Shown here one piece after another: positions 51,053 through 64,000 of a stretch of DNA of 64,000 nt. Position numbers and translations under genes: made by a program. This stretch comes from Eledone cirrhosa (taxonomy: Eukaryota). The notes beneath the pieces were generated by a model that was not told where the DNA came from, ran no database searches, and worked only from the letters and a program-made list of their open reading frames with translations. Location: NCBI GenBank assembly GCA_964016885.1, contig OZ024740.1:135098001-135162000 (forward strand). Reading direction: 5' to 3'. Position 1 is the first letter of the stretch, and each line of letters starts with the position of its first letter.

Positions 51053-52945
51053 GACCAAAAACGTGAGGTGTTCAGGATTGCCAGGCAATGCGTCAAGGAA
51101 AACCGTGATATTGTCGGGGAGAAGTGTGTACTTAACGATGATGGCATACTTGCCATCACCGACACTGATAAGAAGGTAGCTTGGAAGTGTCACTATGAAA
51201 GGCTACTAAATGAGGAGAATAAATGGGAGAAAGACAGTCTCCCCCATATCAACCCGATAGAGGGACCAGCAGTGTTAGTCGAGGGGAGTATAATAAGTAA
51301 GGCAATCAAGGATATGAAGACTGGTAAGGCGGCTGGGCCTTCGGAAATAGTTGCTGAGATGCTGAAGGCATCTGGCACGGTGGGACACACCATGGTCACC
51401 CGCATAGTTAACCAAGTCGTACAGAATGGGGTTGTTCCGAAGGACTGGCATAGCAGCATCATCGTTAACTGTTATAAGGGTAAAGGAGACGCCCTAGATA
51501 GGAGTAACTATAGAGGCATTAAATTAATCGACCAGGTCATGAAGGTCACGGAAAAAGTAATAGCGCAACTAATCAGAGAGAGAATTGATCTAGATGAAAT
51601 GCAGTTCGGGTTTGTGTCAGGCAAAAGCACCACAGACGCTCTTTTCATAGTACGACAACTACAGGAGAAGTACCTAGCTAAAGGTAAACCCCTCTACTTA
51701 GCTTTTGTCGACCTGGAGAAAGCCTTCGACAGAGTCCCCCGCTCCATTATCTGGTGGGCTCTTAGAAAACTAGGCGTTGACGAATGGCTTGTGAGGGCTA
51801 TACAAGCCATGTATAAAGAAACAGTCAGCAAGGTTAGAATTAACAACGAATATAGTGAAGAGTTTAGCGTAAAAGTTGGCGTCCACCAGGGCTCTGTTCT
51901 CAGCCCCCTACTATTTATTATTGCCCTTCAGGCTATAACAGAGGAGTTCAAGACAGGCTGCCCATGGGAACTCCTATACGCAGACGACCTGACACTCATA
52001 GCGGAATCAATGGCCGAGCTAGAGAAGAAATTCCAAACATGGAAGCACGGCCTAGAGTCAAAAGGACTTAAAATTAACCTGGCTAAGACCAAAGTTCTAG
52101 TTTGTAGGAAAGAAAACAAGGCGGCGGTCCCTTCTGGGAAATGGTCGTGCTCGGTATGTAGGAAAGGCGTAGGTAGAAACTCCATCTTATGTCCTAAATG
52201 CAAAGTATGGGTGCATAAAAGATGTAGTGGGATCACAGGTAAGCTAACTAAGAACATAGACTTTACATGTGGCCGGTGTTCTGGTGCAATAAGTAGCAGC
52301 AAGTGCCCACAAAATACTAGCTCTTTCAATTGCGCAGAGGGTTCTATAGAAATAGTGGACAGCTTCCGTTACCTGGGCGATAAAATCAGCAGTGGGGGAG
52401 GGTGCTCTGAAAGTACTGTAGCTAGAGTCAGAACTGGTTGGAAAAAGTTCAGAGAGCTTATACCACTATTAGCTGCTAAAGGGTTCTCCCTAAAAATGAA
52501 AGGCAGGTTGTACGACGCCTGCATACGAACAGCAATGTTGCATGGTAGTGAGACCTGGGCATTGTGTGCAGAGGATATACGCAGACTAGAGAGAAACGAA
52601 GCTTGCATGCTCCGCTGGATGTGTAACAGTAATATACGTGAACGGCAAAGCATAAACGAACTAAGGAAAAAATTAGAGATAAGAGGGATCAGATGTTGTT
52701 TACTCGAGAGAAGGCTGCGTTGGTATGGACACGTGATGCGCATGAAAGTCGATAGCTGTATTACAAAGTGCAGGGCAATAAAGATAGACGGTAGCCACGG
52801 AATAGGCAGACCTAGAAAAACATGGGATGAGCTGATAAACTCCGACCTCACACACTTACACCTCTCCAAGACAATGTCACTGGACCGTGACCTTTGGCGG
52901 TACTCAGTAACAGAGAAGACCCGCCTTGCCAGTAGGCATCTCTAA
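51053..52945 (+). CDS. RTE-clade reverse transcriptase with embedded PHD-like finger (partial ORF)
   Basis: [69 protein letters not shown] and GRPRKTW. Confidence 0.93.
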   Translation, partial: DQKREVFRIARQCVKENRDIVGEKCVLNDDGILAITDTDKKVAWKCHYERLLNEENKWEKDSLPHINPIEGPAVLVEGSIISKAIKDMKTGKAAGPSEIVAEMLKASGTVGHTMVTRIVNQVVQNGVVPKDWHSSIIVNCYKGKGDALDRSNYRGIKLIDQVMKVTEKVIAQLIRERIDLDEMQFGFVSGKSTTDALFIVRQLQEKYLAKGKPLYLAFVDLEKAFDRVPRSIIWWALRKLGVDEWLVRAIQAMYKETVSKVRINNEYSEEFSVKVGVHQGSVLSPLLFIIALQAITEEFKTGCPWELLYADDLTLIAESMAELEKKFQTWKHGLESKGLKINLAKTKVLVCRKENKAAVPSGKWSCSVCRKGVGRNSILCPKCKVWVHKRCSGITGKLTKNIDFTCGRCSGAISSSKCPQNTSSFNCAEGSIEIVDSFRYLGDKISSGGGCSESTVARVRTGWKKFRELIPLLAAKGFSLKMKGRLYDACIRTAMLHGSETWALCAEDIRRLERNEACMLRWMCNSNIRERQSINELRKKLEIRGIRCCLLERRLRWYGHVMRMKVDSCITKCRAIKIDGSHGIGRPRKTWDELINSDLTHLHLSKTMSLDRDLWRYSVTEKTRLASRHL

Positions 52946-53303
52946 CAAACTACACCCCGTCCCGCCACCACCCCCACCCCATCCACACCACCCCGTTCTA
53001 TGTAAAGTTATGTTGGTGCCGCGCCATCCAGGCCAAAACAAATGAGATCGTGTAGGTGTCACGACAAAAAAACACACAGTCCACGCTGTAATGTGGCCGT
53101 GTAGGCAACACGGTAAAAACCTCCCAGACCCACACTGTAAATGTGGTTGGTGTTAGGAAGGGCATCCAACTGTAGAAAACCTGCCAGACAGTCCTATGCG
53201 AGCAAGACAATCACTCTTGCCTCAAGTGGGACTACCCCCGTTCAAACCCATGCAAGCGTGGAACACGGACGTTAAACGTTGATGATGATGATGATGATGA
53301 TGA
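51053..53303 (+). mobile_element. Longest RTE LINE copy (5'-truncated, endonuclease missing)
   Basis: Uninterrupted RT ORF, ~350-nt 3' UTR and (GAT)n tail; TA repeats on both sides. Confidence 0.95.
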
Positions 53304-53319
53304 TATATATATATATATA

Positions 53320-54298
53320 TCATCATCATCATCGTTTAACGTCCATCTTCCACGCTTGCATGGGTTTGGACGGGAATTTTCCCACTTGAGGCAAAATAGG
53401 TTGTTTTGCTCGCATAGGACTGTATGGCTGGATGCCCTTCCTAACACCAACCACATTTACAGTGTGGAACTGGGAGGTTTTTACCGTGTTACCTACACGG
53501 CCACATTACAGCGTGGACTGTGTGTTTATTTGTTGTGACACCTACACAACCTCATTTATTTAGGACTGGATGTTGTGGTACCAACATAACTTTACATTGA
53601 AAGGGGGGGGGGTAGTGGGACGGGGGTGTATTTTTGTTAGATGGTGCCTATTGGCTGTAGTAGGTTTCACTTTGTACTTAGGCAAGGCGGGTGTTCTATA
53701 TTACTGCGTAGCACCAAAGATCTCGGTCCAGTGACATTGTCTTGGAGAGGTGTAAGTGTGTGAGGTCGGAATTTATCAAGTCGTCCCAGGTTTTTCTAGG
53801 TCTGCCTACTCCGTGGCTACCGTCTATTTTTATTGCCCTGCACTTTTTTATACAGCTGTCGTCTTTCATGCACATCACGTTACCATACCAACGTAGCCTT
53901 CTCTCGAGTAAACAACATCTGATCCCTCTTATTTCTAATTTTTCCCTTAGTTCGTTTATGCTTTGCCGTTCACATATATTACTATTACACATCCAGCGGA
54001 GCATGCAAGCTTCGTTCCTCTCCAGTCTGCGTATATCCTCTGCACACAATGACCAGGTCTCACTGCCATGTAACATTGCTGTTCGTATGCAGGCATCATA
54101 CAGCCTGCCTTTCATTTTTAGAGAGAACCCTTTAGCGGCTAATAGTGGTATAAACTCTCTGAACTTTTTCCATCCCGTTCTGACTCTAGCTACTGTACTT
54201 TCAGAGCACCCCCCACCACTGCTGATTTTGTCACCCAAGTAACGGAAGGTGCCCACTATTTCTATAGAACCATCTGTGCAATGGAATGAGCTAGTATT
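53320..54298 (-). mobile_element. 5'-truncated RTE LINE
   Basis: ORF 53696-54256, 3' UTR and tail. Confidence 0.92.
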
Positions 54299-54307
54299 AT
54301 ATATATA

Positions 54308-55289
54308 TCATCATCATCATCATCATCATCAACGTTTAACGTCCGTGTTCCACGCTTGCATGGCTTTGGACGGGGGTATTCCCACTTGAGGCAAGAGTGA
54401 TTGTCTTGCTCGCATAGGACTGTCTGGCAGGTTTTCTACAGTTGGATGCCCTTCCTAACACCAACCACATTTACAGTGTGGGTCTGGGAGGTTTTTACCG
54501 TGTTGCCTACACGGCCACATTACAGCGTGGACTGTGTGTTTTTTTGTCGTGACACCTACATGATCTCATTTGTTTCGGCCTGGATGGTGTGGCACCAACA
54601 TAACTTTATATAGAAGGGGGTCGTGGGACGGGGTGTATTTTGTTAGAGATGCCTACTGGCTGGAGTAGGTTTTACTATATATTTAGGTAAGGCGGGTCTT
54701 CTCTGTTACTGAGTACCGCCAAAGATCTCGGTCCAGTGACATTGTCTTGGAGAGGTGTAAGTGTGTGATGTCGGAGTTTATCAGCTCGTCCCAGGTTTTT
54801 CTAGGTCTGCCTATTCCGTGACTACCGTCTATCTTTATTGCCCTGCACTTTGTTATACAGCTATCGACTTTCATGCGCATCACGTGTCCATACCAACGTA
54901 GCCTTCTCTCGAGTAAACAACATCTGATCCCTCTTATATATAATTTTTTCCTTAGTTCGTTTATGCTTTGCCGTTCACGTATATAACTGTTACACATCCA
55001 GCGGAGCATGCAAGCTTCGTTCCTCTCTAGTCTGCGTATATCCTCTGCACACAATGCCCAGGTCTCACTGCCATGCAGCATTGCTGTTCGTATGCAGGCA
55101 TCGTACAACCTGCCTTTCATTTTTAGGGAGAACCCTTTAGCAGCTAATAGTGGTATAAGCTCTCTGAACTTTTTCCAACCAGTTCTGACTCTAGCTACAG
55201 TACTTTCAGAGCACCCTCCCCCACTGCTGATTTTATCGCCCAGGTAACGGAAGCTGTCCACTATTTCTATAGAACCCTCTGCGCAATTG
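54308..55289 (-). mobile_element. 5'-truncated RTE LINE
   Basis: ORF 54683-55261, 3' UTR and tail. Confidence 0.92.
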
Positions 55290-55806
55290 TATATATATAT
55301 ATATATGTATGTATATGTATATATATATATATATGTATGTATATGTATATATATATATATATGTATGTATATGTATATATATATATATATATATGTATGT
55401 ATATGTATATATATATATATATGTATGTATATGTATATATATATATATATGTATGTATATATATATATATGTATGTATATGTATATATATATATATATGT
55501 ATGTATATGTATATATATATATATATGTATGTATATGTATATATATATATGTATGTATATGTATATATATATATATATGTATGTATATGTATATATATAT
55601 ATATATGTATGTATATGTATATATATATATATATATGTATGTATATGTATATATATATATATATATGTATGTATATGTATATATATATATATATATGTAT
55701 GTATATGTATATATATATATATGTATGTATATGTATATATATATATATGTATGTATATGTATATATATATATATATATGTATGTATATGTATATATATAT
55801 ATATAT
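55290..55806. repeat. (TATG)/(TA)n compound tract
   Basis: Direct reading; a similar tract lies at 56208-56812. Confidence 0.95.
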
Positions 55807-56207
55807 GACCCCTTAGCCTTTGTCAAGGCAGAATTCTAGGAGAAGGAAAACTCTGATATAACACCTGCAACCCTGATGGTATCCAATGATGTTGACTTGT
55901 TCTTCTTTTTGGTAAATATCATCTTGGTTAAGAGAGTGGGACTGGCTTTGTGCAGTGCCTTTGCTCACTATAAAAGCTTCACAGCACAGGCATTGCTTTA
56001 TATCTGGAGATCTCTCTGCACTTGTCATCACATGGTACCATGGGCCCTGCACTATGTGTCAATAATGGTCACAAGTGTAGTCTTTGTACCAGAGTTTTCA
56101 AGTCGCTGGCTGGACTAAAAAGTCACATTCGTTCAGCGCATCGGTAGGGGTTCTCCTACATGGATATAAAGTAGTGGCCGTACTCGAAAACGAGTTGGCA
56201 GCCACCA
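55807..56207 (+). mobile_element. Short RTE-derived element (bipartite 5'+3' derivative of a different RTE family)
   Basis: 5' ctaggagaaggaaaactctgat motif; C2H2 end [25 protein letters not shown] (56070-56147); 3' hairpin actcg-aaaa-cgagt; (TATG)n tail. Confidence 0.6.
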
Positions 56208-56357
56208 TATGTATGTATATGTATATATATATATATATGTATGTATATGTATATATATATATATATGTATGTATATGTATATATATATATATATGTATGT
56301 ATATGTATATATATATATATGTATGTATATGTATATATATATATATGTATGTATATG

Positions 56358-56388
<31 letters not shown>

Positions 56389-56391
56389 ATG

Positions 56392-56422
<31 letters not shown>

Positions 56423-56453
56423 ATGTATATATATATATATATGTATGTATATG

Positions 56454-56486
<33 letters not shown>

Positions 56487-56515
56487 GTATATATATATAT
56501 ATATGTATGTATATG

Positions 56516-56548
<33 letters not shown>

Positions 56549-56667
56549 GTATATATATATATATATGTATGTATGTGTATATATATATATATATGTATGT
56601 ATGTGTATATATATATATATATGTATGTATGTATATGTATATATATATATATATATGTATGTATATG

Positions 56668-56698
<31 letters not shown>

Positions 56699-56747
56699 GT
56701 ATATATATATGTATATACATATACATACATATATATGTATGTATATG

Positions 56748-56792
<45 letters not shown>

Positions 56793-56823
56793 GTATATCT
56801 ATATATATATATTTATTAAAATA

Positions 56824-56899
56824 ACAGATTAAAGTTTAAGCAAAGAATCGCTGCTTTCACCCTTAACGGGATCTTCTGAAACTAACAAAGTCAATCTGT
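56824..56899 (-). ncRNA. Type-I hammerhead motif with one core substitution (CAGAAGA)
   Basis: Minus strand ACAGATTGA ctttgtt AGTTT-CAGAAGA-tCCC gttaa GGGt-GAAA-GCA gcgattctt TGC-TT-AAACT TTAATCTGT. Confidence 0.6.
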
Positions 56900-57270
56900 A
56901 AACGCAGAACTGGATATTTCAAAAAACGTTGCAACCTGAGGAAGACAGGAAGACGACACTTTGGTTCGTGGAAACGTTCCCTGGTAAAGAACGGGAAAAA
57001 ACGAATATAATACGTCATTAATAGGAGCGGTGAAAAACAATTACGCGCAAAGACAGAACCACGTTTATGGTATAAAAGAGGTCGTAGACTAATGTTCTCT
57101 TAGGTGGTGCATAGAGGCGTTCTCTGGCAATGAACGAAAAAATGAAGATAATACGTCAATTGTATATGTATATATATATATGTATATGTATATATATATG
57201 TATATGTATATATATATGTATATATATGTATATGTATATGTATGTATATGTATATATATGTATATGTATA

Positions 57271-60220
57271 TAACTTTGAATAACTTTGAATAACTTTGAA
57301 ATGTTTTGGCCAGTATTAGCCCAGGCCATGTCTAACTTAATAGCACCACCTGGCGAAGTCTTTCAATTCAGGATTTGGGCACCATGGCCCATTCGAGAAG
57401 AGAATTACTGTTTGCGGAGACATATCCGGGTGTGGGTGGTTTGTCCGGGATTACTTGGAGGAATTTGTCCAAAGACTTCTTGAATTTTGTGTGGTCAGTT
57501 TCTGTTTTGACGTGTGCTGGTGTGATGTTGAAGAGAGCAGGGCCAATTGAGGTGAAATAATTGTGCCGTATTGTTGTTATGAGTTGCGATTTAGATTTTT
57601 GTTTGGGACGGATAGCGCGGGGCCGAAGCCTTGGGTTTATTTTGAAGGCGATGCCAACATCATTTGGGCAGTGATGATGGAACATTTTCCACATCATGCA
57701 GATAATATAACGCTCACAGCGACGTTGGAGTGAGTAAAGTTTCAGCTTTTCTAGTCGACCCCAGTAGTCAAGGTCTGTCATGCCATCTATCTTTTTCGTG
57801 ATTGCCCTTTGAGGAGCTTCAAGTTTCATGATACTTTGTTTCGTGTGGGGAGACCACAGTGGACAACAGTATTCCAGGTGTGGTCGGGCAAAAGTAGAGA
57901 AGAGAAGGATAATGGTGTGGGAATCTCTCGACTGGAAGGTTCTGAGGATCCAGGAACACATTCTGCGGGCCATGTCAACTTTGCTGCTTATATGCGTGGC
58001 CCAGCTTATGTTGCTGTCCACGGTTACTCCCAAGTCTCTGATGTTGTTAGATGCCACGAGAGTTTCCCCGGGGGGAAGGGAGTACGGGAGTTTCAGAGCA
58101 TCCTCTTTTCCAAAGTGGATCAGTTCGAATTTGTCTTCGTTCAGTAACATGTTGTTCTTTTCCGCCCATTGGGTAACAGCCAGTAGGTCTGACTGAAGGC
58201 TTATCCGGTCATCCACGCCATTGATGACCTTTTGGAGCTTGGAATCATCAGCGAAAATTTTAATGTTGCTGTGTTTGATGATGTCAGTGATGTCATTAAT
58301 ATAGATGATGAAGAGAAGTGGGCCCAACACAGTGCCTTGTGGGACCCCACTACTGACTTTGGCTGGGCTGGATTTGACTCCTTCAACTACAACATGTTGG
58401 GTTCTGTTTGACAGGAAGCTCTTGATCCACTGCAGCAGCTTTCCAGTGACACCAATATTGGACAGTTTTCTCAGTAGAATGTTGTGATCAACCCTGTCAA
58501 AGGCCTTGCTGAAATCAAGGTAGATAACATCAGTGTTGGAACCCTCTCCCAAGGCTCTCAAAATGTCATCAAAGTGATGCAGTAGCTGCGTCAGGCAATC
58601 CCTTCCATTACAGAATCCATGCTGGTTGGAGTTCAGCATATTGTTACTCTCAAGGAAGTGGGTCATTCGCGATCTCACCACTCTCTCAAATACCTTAATG
58701 ATATGAGAGGTGAGTGAGATTGGACGGTAATTCACGGCAAGGGATTTGTTTCCTTTTTTGAAAACTGGGACAACAGACTGGGATAGAAGGTTTTCTGGCA
58801 CATATCCAGCATCCAGTGAGTTCCGCCACAGATTGGCAAGAGGAGATGCAAGTTGGTGTTGACACGCCTTCAAGACACAAGCAGGGAACCTATCGGGACC
58901 TACTGCTGAATTATGCTTGATTTCCTTTATTGCCGCTAAGACATCAGGGGCGCCAAATGTTATGTCCGATAAGGTGTAATGGGGAGTAACATCGCCGATA
59001 CAGCCCAGATCGGCCATATCAGGATTGCTGAAAACAGAGCAGTATTGTTTCTGCAGTATCTCACCCATGGTTTTAGCATTGTCTTGAAGAGTGCCATTTT
59101 CATCAATTAGAGGGCCAACAGTAGAGCCAGTGATTTTGTGTTTTTTTGCAAATGAAAAGAACACTTTGGGATTGAGTTTGATCTTCTCAATGGCCCAGGC
59201 CTCTTCAGCTCTTCTCTGATTGTTGATGATAGACATCATGTTGTTTTGGAGGTTATGTTTTTTAATCTCTAGTGATGAAATGGCAGTCAAGTTGATGTGT
59301 TGCTGCTGACAGTATTTCAGCTTGTTGATTTTTTTGTTCGTTCTCTTAATTTTCCTGATGAGCGTTTTTCTATTTCTAGGGATTCTGCTCTTAGATTTGT
59401 TTATAGTTCTTAATGGGGTGTGTGTTGCACATATGTTTGTAACAGTGTCCACAAATGTCTGCCAGGACTTTTTGATGTTAGTGGGTGTATGAGTGTGCGT
59501 GAAGGACCAGTCGACATGTGCAAGATCATGACTGATCGCTTCCCAGTTTGCATTGTGGAAATCCATAGCGTCAAACGGATGGACAGGAGAGATAACATTG
59601 GGTTTGTATATTGGACGGTGGAATCTCAGATCACAGAGAACCATGTCATGATCAGAGAGTAGAGTTTTCTCCACTGCAATATTGTGGATATTGTCAGTGT
59701 GATTGCTGAAAATTAAGTCTAGGACGTTTTTGTGGCACCTCGTTGGTTCGACCACTAGTTGGGACAGGAAGAAATCATCCAAGAAGTCAAGAAGCGATTC
59801 CACTGCTTCCCTGTCAGAGGTTGAGGCAGAAGAACCTGGTGGCAGGCTGTTTGTGGACCAGTCAACTCCGGGGAGGTTGAAGTCCCCCATCATTAAGATG
59901 TTGTCAGGGTGACACTCTTGGATGAAACACTTTATGCTGTTGAGGCATTCCTTGAAGCATGGTACAGGCGTTTGGGGTGGCCTATAGAGCCCAACTACTA
60001 TTAGGTTGTTGGTTTGACTGAATACAGTGACTGCTTTGCAGTATCCATTAGTGAATATGTTCATAGCCTCTGTTGAGAAAGAATTATGGACATAAATGGC
60101 AGTCCCGCCCTTTCTTCTGCCAGCGCGATCAGCACGGATGGCTTTGAAATTTTTCACTTTCACCTCGGCTTCCAAGTGGAGGTTACTGAGATGGGTTTCA
60201 GTGAGGACGAAGAAAGGGAT
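57271..60220 (-). mobile_element. CR1-type LINE with near-complete ORF2 and a (TTCAAAGTTA)3 tail
   Basis: APE motifs (LTETHL, YRPP, GDFN, LDLIF, SDH), RT motifs ([31 protein letters not shown]) and a CR1-like C-terminus. Confidence 0.93.
57368..60220 (-). CDS. LINE ORF2 (APE endonuclease plus RT), 950 codons stop-free, N-terminus clipped
   Basis: The real sequence starts at [10 protein letters not shown]; the upstream YI-rich part of the listed ORF is microsatellite. Confidence 0.92.
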   Translation of the reverse strand: MPFFVLTETHLSNLHLEAEVKVKNFKAIRADRAGRRKGGTAIYVHNSFSTEAMNIFTNGYCKAVTVFSQTNNLIVVGLYRPPQTPVPCFKECLNSIKCFIQECHPDNILMMGDFNLPGVDWSTNSLPPGSSASTSDREAVESLLDFLDDFFLSQLVVEPTRCHKNVLDLIFSNHTDNIHNIAVEKTLLSDHDMVLCDLRFHRPIYKPNVISPVHPFDAMDFHNANWEAISHDLAHVDWSFTHTHTPTNIKKSWQTFVDTVTNICATHTPLRTINKSKSRIPRNRKTLIRKIKRTNKKINKLKYCQQQHINLTAISSLEIKKHNLQNNMMSIINNQRRAEEAWAIEKIKLNPKVFFSFAKKHKITGSTVGPLIDENGTLQDNAKTMGEILQKQYCSVFSNPDMADLGCIGDVTPHYTLSDITFGAPDVLAAIKEIKHNSAVGPDRFPACVLKACQHQLASPLANLWRNSLDAGYVPENLLSQSVVPVFKKGNKSLAVNYRPISLTSHIIKVFERVVRSRMTHFLESNNMLNSNQHGFCNGRDCLTQLLHHFDDILRALGEGSNTDVIYLDFSKAFDRVDHNILLRKLSNIGVTGKLLQWIKSFLSNRTQHVVVEGVKSSPAKVSSGVPQGTVLGPLLFIIYINDITDIIKHSNIKIFADDSKLQKVINGVDDRISLQSDLLAVTQWAEKNNMLLNEDKFELIHFGKEDALKLPYSLPPGETLVASNNIRDLGVTVDSNISWATHISSKVDMARRMCSWILRTFQSRDSHTIILLFSTFARPHLEYCCPLWSPHTKQSIMKLEAPQRAITKKIDGMTDLDYWGRLEKLKLYSLQRRCERYIICMMWKMFHHHCPNDVGIAFKINPRLRPRAIRPKQKSKSQLITTIRHNYFTSIGPALFNITPAHVKTETDHTKFKKSLDKFLQVIPDKPPTPGYVSANSNSLLEWAMVPKS

Positions 60221-63165
<2,945 letters not shown>

Positions 63166-64000
63166 CATCATCATCATCATCATCAACGTTTAACGTCCGT
63201 GTTCCACGCTTGCATGGGTTTGGACGGGGGTAGTCCCACTTGAGGCAAGAGTGATTGTCTTGCTCGCATAGGACTGTCTGGCAGGTTTTCTACAGTTGGA
63301 TGCCCTTCCTAACACCAACCACATTTACAGTGTGGGTCTGGGAGGTTTTTACCGTGTTGCCTACACGGCCACATTACAGCGTGGACTGTGTGTTTTTTTG
63401 TCGTGACACCTACACGATCTCATTTGTTTCGGCCTCGATGGCGCGGCACCAACATAACTTTACATAGAACGGGGTGGTGTGGATCGGGTGGGGGTGGTGG
63501 GACGGGGTGTATTTGTTAGAGATGCCTACTGGCTGGAGTAGGTTTTACTATATATTTAGGTAAGGCGGGTCTTCTCTGTTACTGAGTACCGCCAAAGGTC
63601 TTGGTCCAGTGACATTGTCTTGGAGAGGTGCAAGTGTGTGATGTCGGAGTTTATCAGCTCGTCCCAGGTTTTTCTAGGTCTGCCTATTCCGTGACTACCG
63701 TCTATCTTTATTGCCCTGCACTTTGTTATACAGCTATCGACTTTCATGCGCATCACGTGTCCATACCAACGTAGCCTTCTCTCGAGTAAACAACATCTGA
63801 TCCCTCTTATCTCTAATTTATTCCTTAGTTCGTTTATGCTTTGCCGTTCACGTATATTACTGTTACACATCCAGCGGAGCATGCAAGCTTCGTTCCTCTC
63901 TAGTCTGCGTATATCCTCTGCACACAATGCCCAGGTCTCACTGCCATGCAGCATTGCTGTTCGTATGCAGGCATCGTACAACCTGCCTTTCATTTTTAGT
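63166..64000 (-). mobile_element. RTE LINE 3' part (continues past window end)
   Basis: ORF 63556-63993; shares KVDSC, SDITHL and RLT* variants with 54308-55289. Confidence 0.92.

Overview
AT-rich animal genomic DNA. The repeat repertoire (tRNA-headed SINEs with RTE tails, huge degenerate (TA)n tracts) suggests an octopus or other cephalopod; this is inference, not verified. One host gene is recoverable by hand: nine phase-compatible GT-AG exons on + (15427-38027) of an STK11IP/LIP1-like protein (last LRR and cap, acidic linker, PH-like segment, CxxC...CxxC). Its 5' and 3' exons were not found in the window. The rest is mobile DNA and simple repeats. Retroelements: about 9 copies of an RTE-clade LINE with a PHD-type zinc finger inside its reverse transcriptase, a near-complete CR1-type ORF2, CR1 and CRE-like 3' fragments, Penelope-like elements (PLEs) of two GIY-YIG types with inverted pseudo-LTRs, and several SINE families. 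DNA elements and repeats: TTAA (piggyBac-type) and mariner-type MITEs, a Helitron-like element and a 6.7-kb AG-free intronic satellite. The most notable signal is six type-I hammerhead-ribozyme motifs in PLE-derived sequence, several with non-canonical stem-II junctions and one (present twice) with a ~110-nt extended stem II. Most long ORFs in the six-frame track (YI/YM/CV-rich or LSVS-rich) are microsatellite artefacts.
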